Shown: positions 1 to 13,133 of the stretch, one piece after another
Layout: the number at the start of each line of letters is the position of its first letter
Numbering within the stretch: the first letter of the stretch is position 1
Origin: Mobula hypostoma
Taxonomy: Eukaryota
Assembly: GCF_963921235.1 (NCBI RefSeq)
Contig: NC_086097.1
Location: 216,072,001-216,136,000 of the forward strand
Direction of reading: 5' to 3'
DNA length: 64,000 bases
Made by a program: the position numbers and the translations under genes
Notes under the pieces: model-generated
Told to the model about the DNA's origin: nothing
The model's database searches: none
The model's input: only the letters and a program-made list of their open reading frames with translations

Positions 1-111
1 ATTCAGTTCTGCTCAGCCTGGTCATGCACTGCATCCTAACCTACCTCCAATCATCTTGCCATCCAATTCAGATAAACTAGGATGAGAGAGTGAGGTTGAC
101 GACCTATGCAA

Positions 112-1157
112 CACTCCCACACTTAGGCTGCTTAACAAACTAAAATCCCATGGCATTTCAGGAAAGGTACCGGCACAGATAGAGAAATGGCTGATAGGCA
201 GGAGGCAGTGAGTGGGAATAAAGGGGGCCTTTTCTGGTTGGCTTCCAGAAACTAGTGGTGTTCCTTAAGGGTCAGTATTGGGAGCACTACTTTACACATT
301 GTTTGTCAATGATTAAGATAATGGAATTGATGGCTTTGTGGCAAAGTTTGCAGACGATACGAAGATAGGTGGATGAGTAAGTAGTGCTGAGGAAGCAATG
401 CAATTGAAGAAGGACTTAGACAAATTGGAAAAATGGGCAAAAAAGTGTCAGATGGAATGCAGTGTTAGGAAATACAGGATAATGCATTTTGGTAAAAGGA
501 ACAATAGTGCAGACTATTATCTAAATGGGGAGAAAAATTCAAATATCAGAGGTGCAGAGGGACTTCAGAGTCCTTGTGCAAGATGCCCGGAAAGTTGAGT
601 CTGAGGTAAAGAAGGCAAACGCAATGTTGTCATTCACTTTTTAGGGGAATACAATAAAAAAGCAAGGAAATAATGTCAAGGCTTTAGAAGACACTAGTCA
701 GGCCGCACTTGGAATATTGATTTAGGCCCCAAATCTCAGAAAGGATGTGTTGTCATTGGAGAGAGTCCAGAGGAGGTTCACAGGATGATTTCGAGAATGA
801 AGGGGTTAACACATGAGAAGACTTTGGCAGCTTTATGTCTGTACTCACTGAAATTTAGAAGAAGAATATGTGGGGATCTCATTGCAACCTACCGAATGTT
901 GAAAGGACTAGAGAGGGTGGATGTGGAAAGGATGATTCCTTTAGTAGGGGTATCCAGATCAAGAGGCCGCAACCTCAAAATTGAAGGGTGACCCCTTAGA
1001 ACACAGGTAAGGAGGAATATTTTTAGCCAGAGAGTGGTGAATCTGTGGGAAGGCAGGTGTATGGGGTTGAGTCGGATCCGGGGTCAGCCATGATGGAATG
1101 GCAGAGCAGACTTGATGGGCTGAATGGCCTAATTCTGTTCCTATGTCTTACGGTCTT
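112..1157 (+). mobile_element. Decayed 5'-truncated CR1 LINE (RT C-terminal half and 3' UTR)
   Basis: KFADDTK-encoding gcaaagtttgcagacgatacgaag at ~341; ORFs 398-598 and 785-991 resemble CR1 RT; ends in ttcctatgtcttacggtctt. Confidence 0.9.
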
Positions 1158-1164
1158 AAATCAA

Positions 1165-4100
1165 ACTCACATGCAAGTCACGACATCCAAATCCAAGTCC
1201 TCTGGCGAAGGGTGAGTGACAAAGCAGCAGATGAGGATACGCTGGAAGCTGTAACTGTGGACCTGTACACAGGCCAATGGGTCGTTTCTCATTAACCAGC
1301 GGGACTCAGCAGCCACCTGAATGACTGAGCAGGACCACACTGCGCACCTCCGTAGCATGAGGAAGGGGCTAAAAAAAAAAGGCTCCGTAAACATTAACTA
1401 CTTCACTCAACCTTAGACAGGGAACCACAGCTGGCGGGAATCCCACTTCAGCAGTCGAAATCAAAGAAATCGAACGAAAGCAACACCGCTCAGCATCAGC
1501 ACATGGTACATGCGAACGTTAATGGACCACGCCATCGAACAGACCAGAGAGAAGAAATGCTCTGGTGGCAAGAGAACTGGAGAGGTGCAACATTGACATT
1601 GCAACTCTCTCAGAGACTCGCTTGCCCAATGAAGGCCAACTGACAGAAACAGGTGGCGGCTACATTCTTCTGGACTGGGCGTAGCAGCACCAAATGCCGC
1701 GAAGCAAGAACTGGATTTGCTATCAAGAACCACCTTGTCCGAACGCTTACCAGTCTGCCAAAAGGATTCAACGATCGCCTAATGACCATGTAACTACCCC
1801 TGAGGAATAAACGCAATGTCATGCTGATCAGTGCCCAAGGCCTGATGATGACCAACCCAGAGGAAGCCAAAGGCAAGTTCTATGGAGAGCTAACTTCCCT
1901 GACTGAGGCTATACCAAGGTCAGACAAGCTCCTTCTCCTTGGAGATTTCAGTGCTCACATGGGAAGAGATCACAATACCTGGGATGGAGTCCCAGAGCAC
2001 TATGGCAGTAACGGCCTGCTTCTTCTGAAAGGGTGTGTCATGCATGACCTGATCATCACCAACACGGTCTTCTGCCTGCAAAACCATAAAAAGACGTCTT
2101 GGATGCATCCCCGCTCTAAGCACTAGCATCAGATTGACCACGTCATCTCCAGAAGATGTGGCAGACGTGATGCCAGAGTGACCAAAGCAACGTGCAGCTC
2201 AAACTGTTGGTCAGGCCACTGTCTGATCGATTCCAAATTTAACGCCCACATCCAACCCAAACGACGTCCACAGGCAAGGAAATTTGCCAAGAAGCTCAAT
2301 GTTAGCAAGCTGAAATCGGGCACTACTGCAGATTAGCTGGTTAAAAGCCTCCAGTGCCAGCTCGTGATGTTCGCCTTGGAGGGATGTTGAAGAAGTCTGG
2401 GCTGCTTTCAGAGATCACATTCACTTTGCCTCCTTCAAAGTTCTCGGCCTTGCAACAAAAAAGAACCAAGACTGGTTCGATGACAATGACGAGAAGGTAA
2501 AGGCTCTCCTACAGGAAAATCACAGGATGATCCTTCCTGCATCTCCAAGAAGACAGCATTTTCCAATACATGCAGAATAGTTTGAAGCCAAACCCAGAAA
2601 GATGCAAGACTCTTGGCTCTGCAAAAAGTCTGACGAGATTCAGGGCTACACCGATAGACATGACTCAAAGGGATTCTATGATGCTGTCAAACCACTGTAC
2701 AGCCCTCAGCCTCCTGGGACCTCGCCCTTGCTAAGCACAGATGGCTCCACACTCATCACTGAGAAGGCCAAGATTCTCGACACATGGGCAGAGCGCTTTG
2801 AATCTCTGCTGAACACACCATCCACCATAAATAAGGAAGCAAATGATAGTCTCAATCAAGTAGACATCAACCCTCTACCCCAAGAAGAGGAAATCAAGAA
2901 TGCAATAGGCCAGCTGTCAAGCAGCAAGACTCCTGGAGGAGATGCTATCCCAGCAGAGGTCTACAAAACAGGTGGGCCACTCATCACCAGCAAACTGACA
3001 GAGCTATTCCAGCCCTTCTGGGAGAAGGGTCAGATTCCACACAAAATGAAAGATGCACCTGCACAAGAGGAAGGGAAATCGCCAGGCATGCAACAACCAT
3101 GGAGGCATCTCTTTGCTCTCAGTAGCTGGGAAAATTTTAGCCAAAATCCTGCTCGACAGGCTAAATGCTCATCCGGAATGAGGTCATCTCCCGGAAAGTC
3201 ACTGCGGCTTCAGGAAAGAAAGAGGAACTATCAACATGATCTTTGCTGTGAGGCAACTCCAGGAAAGGAGCCAGGAGCAGAACAAACAGCTCTACACTAC
3301 CTTCGTTGATTTTACGAAGGCCTTCGACACTGTGAGCTGAGACGGATTATGGAAGATCACAGTGAAGTTTGGTTGCCCTGGCAGATTTATCACCACGGTC
3401 AAGCAGTTTCATGGCAGGATGTCAGCCCGTGTGCTCGGCGATTGTGACTGTTCTGTTGCTTTCTCAATCACAAATGGGGTCAAGCAAAGATGTGTACTAG
3501 TGCCCACCCTCTTCAGCATGAAGTTCCGTGCGATGTTGACTGATGCATTCCAGGGCAGCGATCCTGGAATCCACATCCAATACAGGATGGATAGCAACCT
3601 GTTCAACCTGCGCAGGCTTCAAGCCGTTACTGAGGTCAACGAGGCGGTGCAGAGAGACCTCCTATTCACTGATGACTGTGCTTTCAACCCAAGCTCAAGA
3701 GTCCGACATGCAGGACTTCTTCAACAAATTTTCCACTGCACGTGATAACCTCAGTCTCAGCATCAGCACCAGCACCAGGAAGACTGAAGTCATGCATCAA
3801 GCAGCTCCATATCAACCCTACTTGGAGCCATCCATCTCTGTGAATGGCCAGCAGCTCCTGGCAGTGGACAAGTTCACATACCTTAGCAGCACTCTCTGAA
3901 GAGCAGTTCACATTGACAATGAAGTCTGCTGCAGGATCACCAAGGCAAGTGCCAATTTTGGAGACTACGTAATACTGTATGGGGGAGAAAAGGGAATTAC
4001 TCTGAAGACCGAGCTGCAAATCTACCACACTGTCGTCCTACCCACCATCCTCTACACGTGCAAAATGCGAAATGTGTACAAGGGATATGTGCGTAAACTG

Positions 4101-4430
4101 AATCACTTCCACTTGCCATGCCTGCGGAAGATCATGAACATCAATTGGCAAGACAGTTCCTGACACGGACTTGCCCACCATCCACTCATTGCTAGCAAAA
4201 CATCGCATTAGATGGGCAGGCCATGTCGTCAGGATGTCAGACAATCGTAACCCCAACCAGTTGTTCTTTGAGGAACTGTCCACAGGGAAGTGCTCTTGTG
4301 GTGATCAGCGAAAATAATTCAAGGACACTCTCAAGACTTCACTCAAGACCCTTAAGATTGATCACACTTCTTGGGAACATGCAGCCTTGAATCACTCTTC
4401 CTGACGCAGTGATCCTCATCGCTCGTGGTG
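1165..4430 (+). mobile_element. Near full-length, frameshifted RTE-clade LINE (APE endonuclease + RT)
   Basis: APE motifs LLLLGDFSAHMG and KTSWMHPRSKH (ORF 1821-2126); RT motifs PGGDAIPAEVYK, GVKQRCVLVPTLF, LLFTDDCA, KFTYLSSTL spread over several frames. Confidence 0.9.
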
Positions 4431-5689
4431 GGAGCGCACACACAAATAACAGTGTTTGGACTTCTGGTGCTACAGGTTATATGCTGATAGTAATTAGGCA
4501 GAGATTTCTTCAAACAAGCCTAGTTGAAGATCCCGACTATGATTTGAAATGCTTTCGGATGGACTGTTTCTTGTTTGGAGACTGCATCATGTAGTATCTC
4601 CATGCTTGATTATAGTTGACCGCTGGTGGTGTGTAAACTCCGGTGAGGATCAGAGATGAGAACTAGGTAAAGAGAATGGATGGCATTTCATCAGCCTGAC
4701 CTGCTGAGTGCCTCCAGCCTTTTGTATGTGTTACTCCGGATTTCCAGCATCTCATGTTTATGTCGAGAATTAACCTCCTACCAAATTTCCTTCCATATTA
4801 ATTGCTGATCTATTCTTGTATATTATCTGCTTTATCAAAATAAATTATCTCATTCCAGAAGCTGAATCACACAGGACCTAAAAGTCAGTTGCTATGTGGT
4901 CCTCTTTCAACGATACTCAGTGTTGACCACACTGAAGATTACTTCTAGGTAGCATTATGCCAGCTGTCTAAGTGGACTAAGAGGTCCTATTCATATTAGC
5001 CTTCCTGACATCTTCCTAGTGTCATCAGTGGTATAGCATACATCTTTAGCCTTGTGAAACACTGGTAATCTATACTTAGAAAATGACTTGCTGTTGACAT
5101 CGCAGATCTGATTGGGCATCTTCAGCAGTAACCACATTGTTGTAAATTTCACGGGAGGTCCCAAGAAAAAGTGTTTTTTTTTGAGAAAATCATTTAGCTA
5201 ATGAGATACTCATTCAACAGGTACCTTGAAAGTGACACTGCTGGTAGCACTTCATCACTAGAGCTGTAACTACAGCTTGATCAACTGGTTAGGCTGGGTT
5301 AGGGATCTCAGGGCAGGAGGCCATGAAGTGCCCTAAAAAGGGCCTATTCCTACAGGAGCTTCAGTTGTCATATCCTGCCTAGACCTCTAAAATAATCAAT
5401 ACAGTCACAGGCTCAGCTTTTCCAGAGCTGTTACCACTGGGAAAGTGACATTCTTCAGGAAGACCTTTTGTCACTATCCTCTGTGGAAGCTGATTCACCA
5501 GAGGTGCTTTCTAAATGGTAGATCTTGGCCAGTATCCTCCAATCAGCAAAGGACTGCTGCATCAGGCTATTCATCGAGGCATAGTACTCATGAAATCTTG
5601 GGTAGTTTGGGAACTTCTATCAAGTACAGGTTTTCACTGATGCCACTTTTGACTACAGCCAAGACCATTTTAATCAACCAGGACACCCC

Positions 5690-5985
5690 CACCACCCAGG
5701 ACATGCATCTTCTCATTATTACCCTCATGGAGGAGGTACAGGAGCCTGAAGACACACACTCTGTGTTTTAGGAACAGCTTCTTCCCTCCAGCATCAGATT
5801 TCTGAACCCATGGACACTACCTCCCTACATCTGTTCTCTTGTTGCACTAGTTATTTTAATGTTTTACACATATTTCTTATTGTAATTTATAGTATGTGTT
5901 ATGTGTTGCACTGTACTGTACTGCAGCGGCAAAACAAATTACACAACCTGCAGCATATCAGTGATAAATCTGATTCTGATTTTTT
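5690..5985 (+). mobile_element. Rex1/Babar-like LINE 3' fragment
   Basis: gaggtacaggagcctgaagacacacact...aacagcttcttcccc followed by an AT-rich UTR and a tctgattctgat tail. Confidence 0.6.
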
Positions 5986-6322
5986 AAAAGTCTGAAGTAA
6001 CACACTTCCAGGAAACACACAACTTCTTCATCCTGAGGAAACTCACAACGTATGACATTTTCACTGGCCAGTAAAATGGAAGGTAAGCAACAACAGCTGC
6101 CCTGGCACTTCACAGCTCTCTGCTCTCCAGTCACTGCAGCTGGGTGCATTTGCAATAGGAACCAAACAAGTGCCAGGAGCGTTGTGGACAATGTCATCGA
6201 ACACTTGCAGATAAGATACTGTTGCCTGCAGCAGTGAGGAAGTGCCCTGGAGTAACTTGCATGACCATAAACTGCATGCTGCACACTCCACCAAACCACG
6301 GACATCAGCTGGAGGAGTGTAA

Positions 6323-6799
6323 AGGCTGATTTATACTTCTGCGTCAACTTGACGCAGTAAGTATGGCATCGCCGCGAACCCTACGCAGAGCCTACGCGGA
6401 TCCCTACGCCGCAGCCTGACGCGCAACTCTCCCAAAATGTAACTGCGCGTCGCAGCAATGCAGACCACAACAACCGTGATTGGTCCGCTTGGTAGCATCG
6501 CATTTCCTCTTACGCTGCAATAGCTTCCCGTTGGGCGACTGAAGGGCAGGGAAGGAACTCTGGCTGCAATGCTTTCCATAAAGCTTTACAGACCTCCGAA
6601 ATTATGGAGGACACATTTCGCTTTTACGAAAAAAGACGCTCGCTTTAAACTTGTTTACCCCGAGAAAGACTACCATGATCATGAAGCCTTGTGCACAGCG
6701 ACACAGACACACCAATGCACAAGTATAAATGCTCACAACACGCGTAGCCCACTTGCGTAGGTTACGGCGTCGAGTTGACACACAAGTATAAGTCAGCCT
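6323..6799. mobile_element. PIF/Harbinger-type MITE
   Basis: ~38-bp imperfect TIRs (aggctgatttatacttctgcgtcaac... / ...gttgacacacaagtataagtcagcct); TAA at 6320-6322 and 6800-6802 is a TWA target duplication. Confidence 0.85.
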
Positions 6800-7699
6800 T
6801 AAGAGCAGAATCAGTAAAGAGGCCTGGATATCCACAAGATGAAACCCGAGAGCAGGAGAAAGACAGAGAAAACTAGGAGGGTGTCCATGCTCAACTCTAC
6901 AGCCTCAACAGCCAACTGTACAGAAGAGGCAGACACTGACTACTGAAAAGAGAACAGATTTCTTAAGAGACAAAATTCATAAGGATCTTGCAAAATAAAA
7001 TTGCCCAGTACTAATCAAGTGACCCCCTCCACATGATAATCCTGAACACCATCACTGTAAACCAATAACCGGACAGGAAAGCCGGATGATGCATCCTGAG
7101 ATGCAGGCTAACCTGCACGGAATTTAACAGATGAATGAATTAATCCCTTCTCCAATTAAGTATCTGGATTTACTGATCAGTGGCATCTCGTTTAAAGACC
7201 TCACACCTCCACATAAAGTAGTTTTTTTTCCTGTGACAATCTGAACTCTGCAGGTATGCAGATAACCCTGGCACAGCTTGTGACATTATGAAATTTCTCT
7301 CAAGTGTTACTCCATGGTGCAAGTATTCTCACCGTTGGAGAAGATTACTGAAATTATTTCCTGCCAGTTTTTTCAAATGATACAACAAAAACAGAGACAC
7401 CCAGAAGCCTTAGCACCATCAGCATACAGAAAATGAGTTTACACTTTCAAAATGAAAGATAATTTGTCAGTTCTGATAAAGAGTCTTTGATCAGAAGGAA
7501 TTTTGACCTGAAATAGTAACTCTGTTTCTCTTTACGTAGCTACTGTCTGACTAGCTAAGTATTAAGCATTTTCTGTTTTTAATTACAAAATTCCAGCATC
7601 TGCAGTTTTTTTTAAATTTCTATCTTCCAATGATAGGTTAGGCAGGTCTCTTGGCGACACCACGTTTCAACCCCAAATACACCAGCCCCTCCTACTGGA

Positions 7700-7990
7700 C
7701 AATATTTAGTTTTCTCAAGACATTCATACTAGTTTGAATGACTGCGCAGGAGCCACACCCTCTCTCCTCCCATTGTTGCCAAAAGTGCATATTGGTGTTA
7801 TGTCGCTGGCGTGAAGAATGCATCTTTAAGGAACGATGTCCTGTGATGTTTGCACGGAAAGGCACCAGAACATTCTGCATGAGATGTCTTTGGGAATCAC
7901 TCAAGTGTTCTTTATAATCACTGTCTCTGGGTGTAAACCACTCCATTGCTGGTTCCAGCTGGACTTTACAGCGGACCCATCTGGATGTTG
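7700..7990 (-). mobile_element. Very old L1/Tx1-like ORF2 C-terminal fragment
   Basis: Joining frames gives QQWS...E*FP...QNV...QDIV...RCILHASDITPICTFGNNGRREGVA, resembling the recalled Tx1 C-terminal zinc-finger region. Confidence 0.35.
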
Positions 7991-8177
7991 ACATTCAGCA
8001 CAGCCACGTTTTAGCAGTCCAGAAATTGATACATCAATAGGCACTCCAATATTGTTCCATTAATATTATCTGTCAGTCTTTATCTATAGTTTTTCCATAA
8101 ACTCCATCCTATTTCTTTATTTTCCTATTAATGCCAGCAAGAAAGTGAATCACAAGGTAGTATATGGAGATGGTATG

Positions 8178-8400
8178 TCGCACCCGGAATTTTCCGGTTA
8201 GTGGGCGATTTCCTACCACTCCGCTCTGACGTATTGGGAAATCGTGTACGAGGCAAGTTACAGCACTGGTTTGCCTTCTGCCGGGTGAGTTTTTTTTTTA
8301 AAAAAAAGAGATCACCAGCTCTTAACCCAGCACGGATGGATTTGAACTCAGGACCTCTCGGCCTGAAGTCCAGCGCTGATGCCACTACGCCACCAGCTGG
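8178..8400 (-). mobile_element. tRNA-derived SINE with RTE-like 3' part
   Basis: Minus strand A box TGGCGTAGTGG (8382-8392) and B box GAGTTCAAATCC (8338-8349); body contains GAAGGCAAACCAGTG. Confidence 0.75.
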
Positions 8401-9039
8401 CATTATATGAAGATACATGTACTCTTTGATTGTTCCTTGCCCTTTGCACAAAAATGTTTAATTGGAGGAGGGGTCAGAGCCAGGTTAAAAATCAGTAGAG
8501 AAATCATTTGTTAAACATCAGGAACATTATTGTGTGAAGGTGCATTGAGGTACAGAGAACGCTCCACCTTAAGCTCCTTTTAGCTCTGAGATACCTTAGT
8601 TTTCAACACCCTTTCTTTTTTCTTAATGGGATCATAAGTTTAACCACAATTTCAAATTTTTAACATGGCATTAGTCATATTTTTGGTAGTAAAGGCTGAA
8701 AACTATTTCCTTGATACTTACTAATCAATACTTCCTTTATATTCAATCATGCCTGCATCTGCGGATAAGCACAATTTTCCTACATCCATTTTCTACACCC
8801 TGAAAATGTACATAACCAACCATACTCAATTTGCATTTTCTCTCCCAGAATAAACACAATTTTGGAATTAAGACTTCTAACAAAATCTCCAGCAAAACTA
8901 TCTTCAACTGGGCTAATAAATTGACCTTGTAAATCAGGTTCTAAACCATATCCTTGCAGCCATGAGAATTCAGAGTGACTGGCAGCTGAAAATTGTGAAG
9001 GGTAAGCTCTCAACACCTTCCATGTCATTGTCAAAGAAT

Positions 9040-11320
9040 ACTACAGCATAGAACCAGGCCTTTGGTCCATCTAGTCCATGTCAAAATATTAATCTGCATT
9101 GACCATATCCCTCCATACCCTGCTCAACCATGTACCTATCCAAATTTCTCTTAAATCTTGAAATTGAACACACATCCATCACTTGCGCTGACAGCTCACT
9201 CCACACAATCACCACCCTCTAAGTGAAGAAGTTCCCCCTCATGCTCCCCGTTTCACTTTTCACCCTTAATTTTGACCTCTACTTGCAGTCTCACCTCAAC
9301 CTTATTCTAAAGAGCCCCACTGCATTTACCCAACTATACCCCTCATAATTTTGTATACCTCTATCAATTTTCCTCTCAATCTTCTACATTCTTAGGAATA
9401 AAGTCCTAACCTGTTCGACCTTTCCCTGAAATTCAAGTCCTGGCAACATCCTTGTAAAGTTTCTCTGTACTCTTGTAATATAAATGGCAACGTTCCTGTA
9501 GGTCAGTGACCAAAATGGCACACGACACTCTCAATGAGGCCTCATCATGTCTGGATGAAGGGTCTCAGCCTAAAACATTGACACATTACTCTTTCCATTG
9601 ATGCTGCCTGGCCTGCTGAGTTCCTCCAGTATTCTGTGTGTTGCTCTTGATTTCCAGCATTTGCAGATTTTCTCGTGTTTGTGAGGCCCCATCATTGTCT
9701 TGTACAACTTGAACATAACATCCCATCTCCTGCACTCGGTACTTTGATTTATGAAAGTCACTGCACCAAAAGTTTTAATTATGACCTTATATGCCTGTGA
9801 CATCATTTTAAAGAATTATGGATCTGCATTTCCAGATCTCTCTGTCCTACCGCACTCTTCAGTGCCCTACCACTCACTGTGTAAGACCTCCCAAAGTGCA
9901 AGACCTCACACTTGTCTGCATTAAATTCTATCTGCCATTTTTCAGCCCATTTTTCCAGTTGCAAGCTTTGGTAGTCTTCCTCTTCACTCACTACACCCCC
10001 AATCTTGGTGTCATCTACGTGTCTGCTGATCCAGTTTACCACATCATCATCCAGATCGCTGATATTGATGACAAACAATAGATTCAGCACTGATCCCTGT
10101 GGCAAACCACCAGCCACAGGCCTCCACTCAGAGGGGCAACCATCTACTACCGCTCTCTGGCTTCTCCCATTGTCAATTTACTACCTTATCTTGAATGCCA
10201 AGCAACTAAACCTTCTTGACAAACCTCCCATGTGGGACCTTGTCAAAAGCCTAGCTAACTTCCATGTAGATAATATCCACCGTCTTACCTTCATCAACTT
10301 TCCTGGTAACTTCCTCTAAAAATCTACAACATTGGTTAGATACAACTTACTATGCAGAAAGCCATGTTAATTACCCCTAATGAGTCCCTGGCTATTCAAA
10401 TACTTATCTATCCAGTAACTTTCCCACTATTGACCCCAGTCTTACTGGCCTATAATTTCTTGGCCTATTCTCAGAGGCTTTTTTAAACAACAGAATGTTA
10501 GCTATCCTCCAAACCTTCAGCACCTCACTGGTGGCTAGTTACAGTTTAAATGTCTCTGCTAGGGCCCCTGCAATTTCTGTACTAGCCTCCCACTAGATTC
10601 GAGGGACACCTTGTCAAGCCCTTTGGATTCATCCACCCTAATTTCCCTCAAGACAGCAAGCACCTCCACCTCTGTAATCTCTATATGGTCCACGACATCG
10701 TTGCTGCTTTGCCTCGCTTCTATAGACTCTGTGTTCATCTTCCAAGTAAACACAGATGCAAGAAATCCGCAAAAGATTTCCCCCATCTCTTTTAGTTCCA
10801 TGCACAGATGACAAGTCTGATCTTCCAGAGAACCAATTTTCTTCCTTGCTATCTTTTTGCTCTCAATCTGTCTGTAGAAGCCCTTGGGATTCTTCTTCAC
10901 TATGTCTACTAGAGCAACTTTATGCCTTCTTTTAACCTTTCTGATTTCATTTTTAAGTGTTCTCTTACATTTCCTATACACTTCAAGTGCCTCATTTGTT
11001 CCTGCCTGCTTATACCTGCTATGTACCTCCTTTTTCTTAAACAGTTCCTCAACATCTCTTGAAAACCAAGGTCCCATAAACCAGTTATGCTTGCCTTTTA
11101 TTCTAATAGGTCTGTACAAACTCTGTGCGCTCAGAATTTCACTTTTGAAGTTCTCCCACTTACCAAGTACACCCTTGCCAGCAAACAACCTCTCCCAGTC
11201 CATACCATACCCTTTCTGATACCATCAAAACTGGCCTTTTTCCAAGTTAGAATTTCAACCCACAGGCCAGACCTATCTTTCTCCATAATTCCAGAGAAAC
11301 TAATGGCATTATGATCACTG
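9040..11320 (-). mobile_element. Decayed CR1 LINE (interrupted at 9549-9681)
   Basis: ORFs 9803-10117 (GLPQGSVL, HVDDTKIGG) and 10559-11203. Confidence 0.9.
9549..9681 (+). mobile_element. 133-bp Penelope-terminus-derived insertion with degenerate hammerhead motif
   Basis: Flanked by tgaggcctcatcat (9535-9548) and tgaggccccatcat (9682-9695); sequence matches the Penelope 3' terminus at 30780-30900. Confidence 0.8.
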
Positions 11321-11689
11321 GGTAGGAAGGGATGAACACTTTCAACTGAACTATTTAAAAATCTATATTTTTATGAACTTTTGGTGTAAGAATTGGGTAG
11401 TGGTGCTTAGTCCTAACACCCCCATCCTTTCAAAATAAGCATATACATTTAGGCTTGCACCTTTTATCCTAATTCCCCAAAAGCAACTGCATGCTAAGTT
11501 TCCAAGCTGCCAAATCTTTCTTGCACAGACTTTAGGATGCCAATTAAAGCCTTGTCCTAAATGCTCACAACCCTTACCACAGAGCCAAGAGAAAATGGTG
11601 ACACATTGTGCAGCAGACATGAGCCTGTTCCATGAGCGACCCCCGCCACCCCTAGGACGTGTCCAGGGATCAGTCCCATTCCATGAGAA

Positions 11690-12015
11690 GGGTCAACACG
11701 GTAGCATAGTAGTTAACCCATTGCTTTACAGCTCAAGCGATCACCGATTGGGATTTAATTCTGTCGCTGCCTGTAGGTAGTTCGTACGCTCTCACCGTCA
11801 CTGCACGAGTTTTCTCCTGAATGCTGTAGTTTCCTCCCACATTCCAAGGACATATGGTTAGTGGCAGTGAGCATGGGCATGCTATGTTGCCACTGGAAAC
11901 CTAGTGACACCTATTATGGGCTTGCCCAGCACAGTACTCCCCGATTTGATTTGGCACAAATGACACATTTCACTGTATGTTTCAATATACAAGTGAGAAA
12001 TAGAGCTAACCTTTA
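11690..12015 (+). mobile_element. V-SINE/HE1-like tRNA-derived SINE
   Basis: Head cacggtagcatagtagtta and central gtttcctcccacattccaagga typical of V-SINEs. Confidence 0.7.
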
Positions 12016-13133
12016 AGCCACTATGAGGCACTCAGGCAGAGATCACAGCATTGATATCTGCCGTTCCATGTTCAGAGTTACTGTCCACATTCTAATACAC
12101 AGAAAAGCTCTCCAGCACAAGCAGTACATTGAGTGAAAAAAAACTAAAGTTTTGCTCCGACACCTGCAAAGCCAGTGAGAGCCAGGTCATACAATCTCCA
12201 TAAACCTTACCACAAAATCGAGAGAACACTAGTGGAAGCCAGTTGGCAATATTTTAGTTCACATTTGGTTGGCGACTTGGAGTGAGGTTTGTCCCTTTGT
12301 GATGACATCATCACTAGCATGAGTGATGTCAGGGAACTGACATTTCACACAAGCGCAAATCATTCTGCACAAGAGTCCAGTCCATTTGAGATTTCTAATG
12401 GAAATAGGCAGTATCGCATAAGTGCACAAGTACATTGGTTTTGATGCGCAACTTGCTCACAAAAATATCAAAATCTGTGATCCTCTTAGATTGCTTCTGC
12501 CAAGGAAAATTCCCAATCACTCTTACACTAAAGTCATGGTGAAGATTGCAATCAGTTCAATCATGACATCAGTGTCTGCTGTACAAGTAAATAAAACAAC
12601 ACCTTCAGGAATATACCAATACCGCTCAGACTTTTTAAAACTGCCCAGCCACATTTTCCCAGTGTGGAGGTACAGGTAAAATGATTGCCTAATTGCTTTA
12701 TATACCAAATATATAGTGCAGAGTGATGGTATAAAATGCTGAAACAATTTAAAGTTCCATAATTACAGGATTCAAAGAATATCATGAATGTTGTCACTAT
12801 TTTGTATATTTTCAAACGAAACAATTTTATTGCTAAATTTCCATTGATAAGGTGAATGAACTTCCATTTGACATGTTCAAAAGAATAATCTCAAACGTTG
12901 AAGGCTGCATTGAACAGCTTATTTAGCAGTCAGTTTCAAATCCATGATCAACAGAGTAACATTACTAGCCCGGCCATTCTTCCACTAAATCCTGCTTTTT
13001 CTTGCAATTAGGGAAATTCCACTTTCTTCTTTTAGCTGGAGTACACAAATTAGCTCATGTACACAAATCAGACAAAGCACCTCAGAGTCCAAGGCCCATA
13101 AGGCAATCAGTAAAATATGTACTAAAGGCAATA

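Noticed and set aside
7692..7994. 100-aa ORF containing GCGSCAVI, reminiscent of sialylmotif L
   Set aside because: No following GN motif and no splice context; other frames fit a decayed L1/Tx1 C-terminus better
8330..8400. Possible tRNA gene
   Set aside because: A/B boxes run into a SINE body; no complete cloverleaf or immediate terminator
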